Shown: positions 44,698 through 57,579 of the stretch, piece by piece | Position numbering within the stretch: position 1 is the first letter of the stretch | Layout: each line of letters starts with the position of its first letter | Assembly (NCBI GenBank): GCA_964016885.1 | Contig: OZ024747.1 | Location: forward strand, 41,168,001 to 41,232,000 | Direction: 5' to 3' | DNA length: 64,000 nt | DNA from: Eledone cirrhosa | Lineage: Eukaryota | The notes under the pieces: generated by a model | The model's database searches: none | The model's input: only the letters and a program-made list of their open reading frames with translations | What the model was told of the DNA's origin: nothing | Position numbers and translations under genes: made by a program

Positions 44698-44888
44698 GGT
44701 TTGAGGTTCACCACTGTATAGAGCTGGTCTATTCCGTATGGTCAATCGTAATGCAATAATATAGAGAGTACTCAACGTAAGGCAGTTCAACCGTCTTTGT
44801 TTTTGTAGTTGGTGGTGCTATTACGGAGTTAAATATTATAATGAAATGACAGGAGGCTGGATTTGTGTAAATCCTTGAAAGGTTTATT

Positions 44889-44946
44889 ATACTATGATCA
44901 TTTCAATGACCGGGTTCCATATGAATCCGGTGATATCATCAGGTAT
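44889..44946 (-). ncRNA. Type I hammerhead ribozyme (inverted copy)
   Basis: Reverse complement of 45087-45144 with one substitution. Confidence 0.7.
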
Positions 44947-45086
44947 TCGAGATATAATACGTGAATGTAATAGATAAAATCCATGGGGCTGAAAATCGAG
45001 GACCCGAGGGCGACCGCTATTCTGTTCCTTCAACCTCAGCCGGTCGCCCTGGAGTGTATCTATTACATTCACGTATTATATTTCGA

Positions 45087-45144
45087 ATACCTGATGATAT
45101 CACCGGATTCATACGGAACCCGGTCATTGAAATGATCATAGTAT
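45087..45144 (+). ncRNA. Type I hammerhead ribozyme
   Basis: atac CTGATGA t..accgg-attc..gaac-ccggt..t GAAA TGATCA TA gtat. Stem III is the palindrome ATGATCAT and the site is AUA. Confidence 0.7.
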
Positions 45145-45763
45145 AATAAACCTTTCAAGGATTTATACATTTATTTATTTATATATATATAATCATTATA
45201 GCGACAACAGAAGGCTGGACTGAAAAGTTCACTTTAGAATTTCAATTCCGCGAAAGCACTATACACTCGGGGACCGTCTGCTATCGATATAACACCATAT
45301 TATTAGGTTATTCCCGAATCCAATTTTCTATTTTCTATCTTTTATTTTATGCTTCGGTTCAACGTAATCCTGTTACATAATTCTTCAAATAACAGTTTTA
45401 CATCATAATCGGGTGGTAGGACTGGGCCTTTAAATTATGAATAGTGCTTTCGCGGAATTAATATTCTAAAGTAAATTTTATTACATTAGGTTTATCTTTC
45501 GTCCTTTTGGATTGTTTGTTAGTTGTCGTGTGTTTTGGTTTCTAGTGTCTGTGCTTTATGTTGTGCTGTTTTAGGTCATTTGGTCTGTGCAGTTCCTAGA
45601 TTGCTTGACAAGGTTATCATGGCGGGTCGACGAAGTTGAGTTCGTATGCTTTGAACTAATATATATATATGTTAGTTATTTCTGTAACTGTGGATGGATG
45701 TGAGTGTATGCATGTATGTATGTATGTATATATACATGCATGCATTTATGTATGTATTTAGGC

Positions 45764-45796
<33 letters not shown>

Positions 45797-46020
45797 TGTA
45801 TTATGTATGTATGATAGTATGTATATGCATGCTATGTCAATAAGTTGATTACTTCAATGGCTGCTACTAGATTGTATGAAGTGAATATTACTCCGAAACA
45901 TACACATACATAAATATTGAAATGGACATTTTGTTTCTAGTTTAGAAACAGCAACATATATGACATTAACATTTTGCTACTTTCCTGTATAAACGGACAC
46001 TTCTAGGCGAACTATACTAA

Positions 46021-46233
46021 AATAATTGTTTTTGATTTAGGCACAAGGCCAGCAAATTTTGGGGAGGGGAAATTCGATTAAATCGACCCCAGTGCATTAC
46101 TGGTACTTTATTTTATCGACCCCGTAAGGATGAAAGGCAAAGCCAACCTCGGCGGGATTTAAACTCAGAATGTAAAGGTCCGTAGCTCTATACTGCAAAG
46201 CATGTTGTCCGATGCTCTACTGACACTGCCAAT
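46021..46233 (-). mobile_element. SINE family 1 (long variant)
   Basis: Homolog with an extra ggggaggggaaattcgattaaatcgacccc segment. Confidence 0.85.
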
Positions 46234-46533
46234 GGTTTAATAGTTTTTGACAAAGCATATTGCCTGATGCTCTACCAATACTGCCAATCCACCTGATAAA
46301 GTTCTCTGCATTTCTACAGTATAAAAGTAACCGAGACTGCGTAAATGTGTATATATTAATTTGTTTTACATTTATATAGGTATTTACACAATTTTGGTTA
46401 CCCCCTGTACTTTATATATACAGATTAAATATTATCAAATACTTCGGCTGCTTAGTGCACAACTTAATAGACGAAATAATTGTGTGCAATATTTTCAACA
46501 AAATGGAAAGAAATGGTAGCGTGTTTTACAGTA

Positions 46534-46713
46534 TACGATGGCATACTGAAAATTCCATAGGCTGACTATAAAGGAGTGATGGTAGGGTTGTGAAATGTTG
46601 CATAGATTAATTTCATTAATCTTATTAATAACTGCATTGTTTTTTTCCATGGACTATGTTGAAAATTAAACCTCATTTGGTCATTCCATGAGAATACCTT
46701 GGTCAGCCTCGTA
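46534..46713. mobile_element. Possible mariner-derived MITE
   Basis: Starts TAcgatggcatactgaaaattccataggctgac and ends gtcagcctcgTA. Confidence 0.35.
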
Positions 46714-47097
46714 TAATTAGATTTTGCTTTTCTTAGTTAAAACGTCGACAGCCTATAATTTGCATCTCTTCGTCAATGTACTAAACCTAGAAATGTACTA
46801 AACCTAGAAATAAATATTTACTACTAGAACAGTTCAGCAGAGTTCTTAACACTCAAGTAGTCTCAGATGGAGAAACTAGCCAACTATAAATGCAACAAGT
46901 GTTTAAATTAAACTTTTAGAAATACAAATCTCACATGTTCTATATATATATATATTTGTATGCATATATATATGTATGTGTGTGTATGTATGTATGTTTA
47001 GATGTATATATTAAATATATATATATGTGTGTGTGTGAGTGGTGTGTGAGTGTGTATAGAGAGATAGAGGGAGGGGGAGAGAGAAAGAACAAGAGAA

Positions 47098-47121
<24 letters not shown>

Positions 47122-47129
<8 letters not shown>

Positions 47130-47483
47130 GTGAGGTTTTTTTTACAAAATGAAAAATAACCGAGGTGTCCTACACGAGTGGAAGTATAAAGAAAAAGAGA
47201 TGAAATCGAAAATGCAACTGAAGTCTTATTTTTTTTTTAAATATATATATTTATTTGGTTCCTTTACCGGTTTCGCAGTTCTTCTGCTTTTCAAAATTAG
47301 AGTTGAGATGGAGGGTCTGTGGTTTTTCTCACATCTGGTGATGTGAGAAAAACCACAGACCCTCCATCTCAACTCTAATTTTGAAAAGCAGAAGAACTGC
47401 GAAACCGGTAAAGGAACCAAATAAATATATATATTTAAAAAAAAAATAAGACTTCAGTTGCATTTTCGATTTCATCTCTTTTT

Positions 47484-47490
<7 letters not shown>
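47122..47490. mobile_element. Fold-back element family B inside (TA)n; U3-A8 HHR cores at 47262-47297 (-) and 47378-47413 (+)
   Basis: Arms ~47185-47335 and ~47340-47490 carrying TTGAAAA gcag-aagaa-ctgc GAAA CCGG TA. Confidence 0.8.
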
Positions 47491-47565
<75 letters not shown>

Positions 47566-48235
47566 CCATCTACAATTTATGAGACAATCTAAATACTTGT
47601 TGATTTTGTAGCAGATCCGTGTTTCCGTCTGAATCCACTTCACTGTAAGCAGTCTGCTACATTTTTGCTCTTAAGTGTTATTCATCACTTTATATATATA
47701 CATTCATATATATATAAATATATATATGAATGTATATATATTGTATTTGGCAATACACTGTATGTTTAATTAAAAGCATTTTGAAGACCTTACGCTATTG
47801 TTTTAAAGTAGTGACTATGTCACTTACTTCTTTTTTTCAACAAACAAAGGGAGACAAGCTGACTGATCTCTGTTTCATACTGTTGGTATTCCTCAGAGCT
47901 TAACACTCCCCATTCAACAACCAACCAAATCTTAATACCTCTGGCGCCACTTTTTTCACATAAAACAGGAAGAATTTCCAAAACTGATCAGATCAGGGCA
48001 AACATCACGAGCGCTCTATCTCAAAATTATTTTTGAAAAGCATTAGAAATGCGCATCCGGTAAAAACTTAAAACTAAAACTGAATACTAACCAATACTTA
48101 TTACTAATTTATACTTATTCCTAATTAAACTATTTTTCACTGGGAAAAATTTATCAGCATTTTCTTTTCCTTTTTACTAATATATCACAACTCGTGTGTC
48201 ACACCTCTATTTTTTTAAATATATATATATATATA

Positions 48236-48491
48236 TAGTTATGTAATAAACAACATAAGGCAATTATTCCATTTACCAGTGGTTTCTTAAAAGCAAAAAA
48301 TGTTGCTTTCAATCATCAGAATGAAAAAATCCTGGTCTATTTTTTCATTCTGGTGATTGAAAGCAAAGTTTTTGCTTTTAAGAAACCACTGGTAAATGGA
48401 ATAATTGCCTTATGTTGTTTATTACATAACTATTAAGCTCTGTTACCTACATAGAGCACTCTTTTTTCCTGGACTTTTCCGACGGAATTAC

Positions 48492-48495
<4 letters not shown>
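48236..48495. mobile_element. Fold-back element family E between (TA)n tracts
   Basis: Arms ~48236-48330 and ~48339-48432. Confidence 0.7.
48270..48323 (-). ncRNA. Type I hammerhead ribozyme; the plus-strand twin at 48346-48398 has CTGGTGA
   Basis: Minus strand reads catt CTGATGA ttgaaagcaa...ttgcttttaa GAAA CCACTGG TA aatg and the site is GUA. Confidence 0.7.
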
Positions 48496-48587
<92 letters not shown>

Positions 48588-49123
48588 TTAGTTAAGCAAA
48601 ACAAGACCACAAATTTCACAAGGAAGACATTATTAAAAGATTGTCAACATATTTTAGATACTCTCCTGATACTGCCAATGTCCGTTTACAATTGTTTCGC
48701 TACTCCATATGATATTTCTGGATCAGATGACTATATATCATAATTGATCTGGTTCAGTTGAAAATAATTAACATATTTAAAAGACAGAGCGGCTCATCGG
48801 AACTTCAAAGGAATATAAATTAAAATAATGAGAGAATGTTACATAATATAATGTTCCATATATTGGTTTTCACTATGGTGTCTTGGTTGCATCAGTTGTC
48901 AGCCATAATCAAGCAGTATTCATCTGTCGAGGCTGCATTGTGTGAGAGCTGCCTATGGGTCAGCGCACCTAACTTCTGCATGAATCCAGCCACCTAGCTG
49001 CTTTCTACTGCATATTGCACATTGAGCACATGCCCTGATGCTTTGGCTTCTTCTAACTAATTCACCAATCTCTCCTCTCTTATCTCCATCTCTCTCTTTA
49101 AGATTGGTTACTCTTGAACTGTG

Positions 49124-49173
<50 letters not shown>

Positions 49174-49923
49174 CGTGCGTGCGTGTGTGTGTGTGTGTGC
49201 GCGTGCGTGCGTGTGTGTGTGTGTGTGTGTGTCTGTGTGTGTGCGCGTGCGTGTGTGTGTGTGTGTATGTGCGTGTGTGTGTGTGTGTGCGCGTGTGTGT
49301 GTGTGTGTGTGTGTGCGTGTGTGTGTGTCTGGCTGAATGTGATACGGCGGCTGTAGCGTGATGACGTCCATCACTCCTACGCCAATTTTGGCACGTATTT
49401 TACTAGGAGGGCTGGAGGCTGGAGTATAGTTTTGAAAAACTTGAGTGCTTTTAATTTACGTCTTAGGCATGTATGTGGAGGAGGGGGTTCATTGTAGTAT
49501 TATGGTTTGCTTGAGATATACATAAGGATGAAAGGCAAAGCTCAGAACATGAAGGAACATAACTCTATGCTGCGAAGCTTAGTGTCCGACACTCTACCGA
49601 TACTGCCAATCCACCGCCTTGATAATTCAACCTAATAATAACTAAAGAATGTAAGGGTGAAAATAAAGCATACCGTGCATATAGAAATTATTGTATTCAC
49701 CTATAAATTAATATATATATATAATGAAGTTTTTAACATATATCCTTCTGCGCTTGAACTGATTACATCGAGGAAAGAATTATCTGAACCTCTTCCAGCA
49801 AGAATTTAAAAGGAAGATTAAGGATATATTTGAGAATCCTATGGTATTTAAGTCGACTCAGATATAACGGATAAAATGTATCATGTTGATAACGCTGCAT
49901 ACCATCGCTTTTAGTAGTAATTC

Positions 49924-50199
49924 TGTTGTATGGACTGGGAATCGAACTCACAACCTCATTGTTGTATGGACTGTTAAATTTCTATTCAATTTACACGTGC
50001 TCACACATTTGCATATGAATCACGTGACCTGGGCAGTCAGTCAGCGTTGGTATTAAAAACTCGGTCACAGACTGCTACTGACTTACTTTATGTTATTCTG
50101 TTACTGCGAGGAGGGGCGTTTTGGTTGTTTCGCAAATTACACAAATTATTTGATATAACTCGTTGTGTTTTCTCTGCGAATACCGAGAGGAATACAACA
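49924..50199 (+). repeat. 5' LTR (276 bp)
   Basis: tgttgta...tacaaca. I counted five transitions versus the 3' LTR. Confidence 0.95.
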
Positions 50200-50207
50200 G
50201 AGTTTAT

Positions 50208-50226
50208 TGGCGTCGCTGATAGGATT
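50208..50226 (+). promoter_or_regulatory. Primer binding site, tRNA-Ser-like
   Basis: TGGCGTCGCTGATAGGATT begins 8 nt after the LTR. The tRNA identity is inferred. Confidence 0.55.
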
Positions 50227-50306
50227 TACCTACATTGCCGATAGTATTTACCTACATTGCTGATAGGATTTACCTACATTGCCAGGAAATTGTTTATCAC
50301 AAAAAC

Positions 50307-53300
50307 ATGGCGGAACAACAAACAGCGGAGCTAATAAAGTTGTTTAGAGAACAGATGGAACAACAAATGCAACAACAGGAACAACAAATGCAACAACACA
50401 AGAAAGATATGAGCACTCTGATAAAACTGTTTGGTGCTCGAGATTCTGAACAACAGAGTTTATTGGCGTCACCAGTTGCTTCGACACCAACAGCATTCAT
50501 CCCACCATTTGCTGCTTTTGATTCAACAACAGAACTGTGGCCTGATTACTGGTCAAGATTCTGCACGTTTGTGGCTGCTAACGCTGTACCCGAGCAACGC
50601 ATGGCACAAGTGTTCCTGACTAATCAGACGGCTGCTATCTACAAACAACTTGCAAATCTGGCTGCTCAACAAAATCCGCCTTAGAATATCAACAAGTTGA
50701 CAATGGACGAAATTGTTGACTTCATGAAAGAACAGTTCGACCCAAAACTTTTCATTGTGAGAGAACGTTTCAAGTTCTGGAGTGACATGCAACGGAAGCC
50801 AGGCGAAACTCTCCAGGAGCTGGCAGCACGTATACGTCGGGATGCAGCTACCTGTGATTTTCCTTCGATCACAAATCCACAAGATGAAGCTCTAAGACAG
50901 AGATTTATATGTTCTGTCAATAATGAAGCTGTGTTGAAGGCTATTTTCAAGATCAAGGATACAGAACTAGATTTCGCCCGTGCTGTCCAAGTTGCCATCG
51001 GGACCGAAGACGCAGCAAAGGTTGCCAAGGAAACTGTTTACGGTTCCAAAACCAAGCAAGTCTCCAAGGTCCAGCAGAACAAGAACAAGGGTCCTCGAAA
51101 GAACTATCAGCAGTCTTATTCCACAGACCAGGAGATGTGCTACTGATGTGGAAAGGCCCACAAAGCGACAGACTGCCCCTTCAAAGAAGCCAAATGTCAT
51201 TTCTGTGACAAAAAGGGACATTTGTAAGCGGTGTGTAGAAAGAAACATCAGCAACGTAATCATCGCTCACAAAATTACGTGAAAAGAATCACGAAAGCTG
51301 AGCTAGTCAAGGCGATCCTTGGTGAAGTTCCCCACGATACTCATAGTTTGAATGTGCCTATAACAACCCAGAACAGACTTTTCACAATGGAATTGGACAC
51401 AGCTACTACAGGCAATTTTGTTTCCTTGTCAGTTTGGAAACAATTAGGAAAACCGAAGCTGCAAGATGTCAAACATCGGTTTGAATCTGCCAGCAAGCAC
51501 GACCTGCTCGTTCTGGGAACTTTCATGGGCCAAACCAAGGTTCCAACGACCGGTAAACGGAATTCAATACCTTACATCGTCACCAAGATCCCTGATCTTA
51601 ATTTGCTGGGACGAAACGCCATCCAGACTCTGGGAATTTCCGTGGACAATGCTCTAGGATTGAAAAGCATAGACAGCCAGGCCAAGAGTGAGGGTGCAGA
51701 AGTGCTGCATCCAAAGACCTCAAATGAGCCCTATATTTCCATGCAACGAGATTGTCACAACATGTGTGATGAATTCCCAGATCTCTTCAAGCAAGAATTG
51801 GGATGTCTTAATGACTTCGAACTGGAAGTGAAGTTCAAGTCGGACGCGACACCGGTCTTTCACAAGGCTGCCCGGTCCCGTTTGCTCTTCGTGATGACCT
51901 GGTCAAAGGTTACGAAGAAGGCATCGCCAAAGGAATCTGGAAGCCAATACAGTTCAACGAATACGGAACGCCAGTGGTACCGATTCGTAAAGCACATACT
52001 TCAGGCAACCTGAAGCCCAAACTACGGATTTGTGGTGACTACTCTGTGGGAATTAATGACCAACTTGCAGATCATCGTCATCCAATGCCACTCCCAGAGG
52101 AACTGATGCAGAAGCTCGGAGGTGGATTCGGATACACAAAGATTGATCTTGCTGATGCCTATAATCAGATCAAGCTGGCTCCAGAAAGTCAACGCAGGCT
52201 TGCACTCAGCACTCACCGTGGGGTGCTCCTGCAGGAACGACTCCCTTTCGGAATCAAGTCAGCACCTGGTTACTTTCAGGAGATCATGGAAAACCTGACT
52301 CAAGATCTACCTGGTGTGGCCGTCTTCCAGGACGACATGCTCGTCAGTGGGAAAGATGCAAACGATCACCTGAACAAACTAAAGTGTCTGCTCACACGTC
52401 TGTGCGACAAAGGACTCAGATGTCGCCGTGACAAGTGCCAGTTTGCACTACCCAGTGTGGAATACCTTGGATACACCTTGTCGGCTGAAGGGATCGCGAA
52501 GGGATCCAAGGTCGAAGCAGTTTTAAAGATGCCACCTCCAACGAACGTCTCAAGCTTGAAGTCTTTCCTGGGTTCAGTTCAGTTCTATGGAAAGTTTATC
52601 CCAAACCTGGCCAGCATGGCAGAGCCACTCTATTTCCTTACGAAAAAAACGACTACTTGGAAGTGGGGAGATGAAGAACAGTCAGCTTTCGATCAGTTGA
52701 AAAATGTGCTTTCATCGGATCGAGTTCTGATACACTTCGATCCAAACAAAACTTTGGGACTGGCTTGCGACGCGTTAAACGTTGGTATTGGAGCAGTCCT
52801 GTTTCATCGCTATCCTGATGGAAGCGAGCGCCCAATATCCAATGTGTCCAACACTCTTACTTCTGCACAGCGTAACTACGGCCAAATTCAAAAGGAAGCC
52901 CTGGCCATCATATTTGGCTTGCAGAAGTTCTATCAGTATCTGTACGGACATCAGTTTATACTCGTAACTGACCACAAGCCACTGACATCACTGTTCAGTC
53001 CGAGGAAAGGGACGCCACTTCTCGCTGCTAACCGACTAGCACGGTGGGCCCTGTGGCTGAACCAGTTTGACTACACCATCGAATATCGGAAAACAGCGGA
53101 TCATGGCAATGCAGATGCCCTCAGTCGCTTGCCATTTGGTAATGACATCGACTTTGACAGGAAGGAAAATGGTGAAGACATGGACATGGTGTGCGCCATC
53201 AAAGCTCTCAGTCTTCAAGTCCAACCTATCGATTCTAACGTCCTCCGTCAAGAGTCAGGGAAAGATCCAGTGATATCTACAGAGATACGCTACATCCGTG

Positions 53301-53980
53301 AAGGCTGGCCACCAAACAATACTGAGATCAATGACGAAGTCAATAAGTTCCGGAAGTTATCGGATTCACTCAGTATCTGCCACGGATGCCTTATCCATGG
53401 GTCGAGAGTTGTGATTGCACATAGCTTACAGCCAAAGATCCTCAATCTTCTGCATCTCGGACACTTTGGCATGGAGCGCATGAAACAATTGGCAAGAACT
53501 GCTGTTTATTGGCCTGGTATCGATGCTGCTATAGAGAAAACCAGTCGACAATGTGATTCGTGTGGTGAACATCAAAACCAGCCATCCAAGTCTCCAGTTC
53601 ACCCATAGATGTTACCTGAAAAGCCGTGGAGCCGCTTACACCTGGACCACGCAATAAATTTCATGGGCAGTAATTGGTTGGTGATCACGGATGCTTATTC
53701 CAAGTATCCATGCATTCATCCTACGTCATCCACGTCCTCCAGGGCCACTTTAGATCTGCTTGAAGAAGACTTTGCGCACTTCGGATTTCCTCACACGCTA
53801 GTCACCGATAACGCACCAACTTTTATTTCTGAGGAGTTCCAGAGCTGGTGTAAAGAACGTGGGATCACGCACCTGACAGGGGCACCTTACCACCCAGCTA
53901 CTAACGGAGCAGCGCAACGTTTGGTGCAGACCTTCAAACAAGCTCTGAGGAAGACTTCTCTTCCGCCGAAGCGAGCACTG
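50307..53980 (+). pseudogene. gag-pol polyprotein with stop codons, a frameshift and an integrase C-terminal deletion
   Basis: Split across ORFs 50235-50684, 50697-51146, 51231-52013, 51974-53608 and 53609 onward. Confidence 0.9.
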
Positions 53981-54021
53981 CTGTTGATGCTTCTTTTGTC
54001 GCATCAATTTCGGTGGGGAGG

Positions 54022-54297
54022 TGTTGTATGGACTGGGAATCGAACTCACAACCTCATTGTTGTATGGACTGTTAAATTTCTATTCAATTTACACGTGCTC
54101 ACACATTTGCATATGAATCACGTGACCTGGGCAGTCAGTCAGCGTTGGTATTAAAAACTCGGTCACAGACTGCTACTGACTTACTTTATGTTATTCTGCT
54201 ACTGTGAGGAGGGGCGTTTTGGTTGTTTCGCAAATTACACAAATTATTTGATATAACTCGTTGCGTTTTCTCTGTGAGTACCGAGAGGAATACAACA
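54022..54297 (+). repeat. 3' LTR (276 bp), preceded by polypurine tract ggtggggagg
   Basis: Direct repeat of 49924-50199. Confidence 0.95.
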
Positions 54298-54302
54298 AAT
54301 TC

Positions 54303-54870
54303 TATTATCAAGGATTATAGAACTGTATTGAAAACACTTAACAACATCAAAAACATCGGTTTACAAACTATGACAACACTGCATTTAACATTATCCTGGA
54401 CCTCTTAGACCTAAGCAACCTTACTTCACACTGAATAATCCCAAGAAAGACTTTAATAAGAACGTCTCTTCTATTAGGACTAATAACTCTGCCAGATCAG
54501 ATATTGAACGTATTTGTGAATTAATCCTAGAATAGGATCTTACCAAAAAGTAAAGAATTATGGAAAAGTATCCACTGATTTGTTTAATAGCATTCCTAAT
54601 AAAATAAGTACTATGTAGGTCACCATTAAGGATTTATATGCATGTATAACGCTATCGTTTTTAAATAAAGCTATTGAGTTCACTAAATCTATTACTAATA
54701 TTAAGCAGTTCAAAATCGACATCAACTTTTAGTCTATAAAAAACTATTATTTACTTTGATCAATCCTTCTGGATCAATAAAGAAAAGCATCTGGAAAACA
54801 TTTTGATTTTAGTGCGGGTGTACGTGATTCCGCCGAGATTACGAATTTAAGTGGGCTATATTTTTAAGAT
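54303..54870 (+). pseudogene. Decayed Penelope-like RT
   Basis: Hand translation gives PKKDFNKN..NSARSDIERICELIL, DLYACIT..LNKAIEF and FDFSAGVRDSAEITNL, paralleling the Penelope RT motifs NPAKSEIG, FYPSI and FDVTMGSYDGAE. Confidence 0.55.
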
Positions 54871-56199
54871 CAATTTGAAAATTTGTCAAATTTGTCATAT
54901 TGACCAAAATAGCATATTCACATGATAGTTGTGGCCCTGTACTCTGGTGAGTTTTACTTCATTTTTCATCTCATATAAGTGGTTGAGCATGCTTTCTTTA
55001 CTTAGCCAGTGAACAAAATCAGAGTCGAAATAAACTCCCAAATTCCACTTTGAGATTTTTCAAAATTATTTTAATTCTGTGTTGTTCGAGTTCTTATTGT
55101 TTCTAAAATGAATACATTTTGCCGTTTTTATCACTTTTCAATCTTAGAAAATACGCGCATAAATTAAGTTGATTAAAGTATTAGAATCCAAATGACGGTT
55201 CTCCAAGTTTGTCTTGGTCAAAGCAACAAGTCTACTTTGAGATCTTATCATAGATGGCAGTACCGTTACGTTTGTCCTCGTGTGCATCGAAATAACTATT
55301 GCTGATTTGACTTCAGAAAAGCATTCTCACCTTTGATACTTCCATCAATTGTTTTGCAATTCACTTCTCGTAAAGTTTACCGTTATACCACGCACAAATG
55401 TAGCCAACTGTGCTGTATTTATCATATCTGTTCCCACTTACAGCTATCGAATAAAACACACATTCTGATTGTATTTGTGTATTGTTAGTCATGTCTTTTA
55501 TAAGATCATTCTCAATAAATCTGACTTTTCCTGGAATTATAATCCTTACAGTGACAACTATATTCTTTAAGAAACACGCTTGCGTGGTTTCACATTTCTT
55601 GCAATTAGCTCACATCTAATAACTTGCGGATATATTTTCCTTAATGTCATTTCAAAATAGATTGCTGTTACATAAAGAATGTTTTTATTTTTATTACTAT
55701 CTTGCCGAAACGTGGGCTCGCTTTCTGTTTGTGTATTCCTTAGGCTAAATAGTGTTCACCTTTTATAAAAGGCAACCGAATGTTTACAATTAAAACACAC
55801 ACTGTTTCATTTATTTCTATTTAAATATAGCTATTTGTCTATTTTTCTTTGGATATAGTATTATTGCCGGCAACAATTTCTTTTCTTTTATCAGTGCTAG
55901 TTGTTGCACTTTACAGTGTTTATTAAACTCTTTAATACAAATAGGGAAACGATACGCCAAATATCAAATATTAATTAGCTGTAAATGAATATGACCTCAT
56001 TAATTTGTACGTATTCCAACTCATGATTAATGTCACAAACATGAAGAAGTTGTTCGTGCCATATGGCAAGAGTGTTGAACATGACACCTATCATCCTCAT
56101 ATACAGCTGCTTCAATCATATTTTGTGCTTTACAATACAATACATTTTTTAATACAAAAATTGTCGATGCTTCTATTTCTTTTACATAATACTAGCTAA

Positions 56200-56790
56200 G
56201 GTAATACACACATCTAGGACCATATACAACACACAGGCAGGCAATACATACATCTAGGACCATATACAACGCACAGGCTGGTAATACATACATCTATGAC
56301 CATATACAACACACGGGCAGGCAATACATACATCTAGGACCATATACAACACACAAGCAGGCAATACATACATCTAGGACCATATACAACACACAAGCAG
56401 GCAATACATACATCTAGGACCATATACAACACACAGGCTGGTAATACATACATCTATGACCATATACAACACACGGGCAGGCAATACATACATCTAGGAC
56501 CATATACAACACACAAGCAGGCAATACATACATCTAGGACCATATACAACACACAGGCTGGTAATACATACATCGAGGACCATATACAACACACAGGCAG
56601 GCAATACATACATCTAGGACCACATACAACACACAGGCAGGCAATACATACATCTAGGACCATATACAACACACAGGCTGGTAATACATACATCGAGGAC
56701 CATATACAACACACAGGCAGGCAATACATACATCTAGGACCACATACAACACACAGGCAGGCAATACATACATCTAGGACCATATACAAC
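56200..56790. repeat. 40-bp minisatellite, ~14.8 copies
   Basis: Unit catatacaacacacaggcaggcaatacatacatctaggac. Confidence 0.95.
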
Positions 56791-57316
56791 AAAAGGCAGG
56801 AGAAAGGGGTGGACAAACAAGCTACTACCAGAGCAAAAGATAGCAATATTACGGGGAGCACTGGGAAACCTCTCTAATAATTTTTTAGGCAAGCCAGTAC
56901 ACTCGCAGCGTTACCTCGGGTGAAGGCGAGGCTAAGGTACTGGAACAACCAAGCGCCCTCACGAGCTTCACCGGTTACCTCTGTAAGGCGAGCCGCCAGT
57001 GAAGATAAGAATCTCGCAGTCAGTAGCCCGACTCCCCCAAACGTCTCGACCGCCACAGGCTGGAAAATATAGTTAGCCAACAGATCACGGTATTTGAGGA
57101 TTTTGTTCTGTTCAGCTATGGATGCTGTGGCTCTCGCCCTTACCGCTGCGTCCAGGATGTGGGAAGAAACCAAAAAGTAACTAACTGTGATGTCCCAGAC
57201 AAGGCATCTGCTTCTTGACCAGGAGCACAGGGTAAGACCGTCAGGTCTTTTCCCGTCAATTCTGGACAACCCAGACGGTTTCAAAATTGAAGGGATGTTT
57301 GCCGGGGCCAAAGCTT
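56791..57316 (-). mobile_element. CRE-clade LINE 3' fragment (REL endonuclease)
   Basis: DGKRPDG..LVWDITV..AEQNK..KY..FQPVAVETFG..RGNAASV. Confidence 0.8.
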
Positions 57317-57579
57317 TTCAGTGGTAATAGGGCAGTGTGTGTAGGTGTGTGCGCGTGAGTTTGTCGGCATTCTTAAATTAGAGACGTGTCTGTTATATAT
57401 ATGTGTGTGTGTGTCATATATATCTATACATATATCTGTGTGTGTATGTATCACCGTTTTTAAGTTAGAGACATATGTGTGTGTATCCCCTTGCTTCTTT
57501 TTACACACACATACATTCACACAAACACACACACACATTTTGTGACGGACGGATGGACAGAAGTCGCTCAAATTTATAT

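Larger units (their letters stand above)
49924..54297 (+). mobile_element. Ty3/Gypsy LTR retrotransposon (Mag-like), inactivated
   Basis: TG..CA LTRs, TSD AATTC (49919-49923 and 54298-54302), gag with two CCHC knuckles, protease LDTA, RT FQDD, RNase H, integrase H-H-C-C and DDE core in Gypsy order. Confidence 0.95.

Noticed and set aside
56200-56790. CRISPR-like regular repeat
   Set aside because: Units are contiguous with no unique spacers, there are no cas genes, and the context is eukaryotic.
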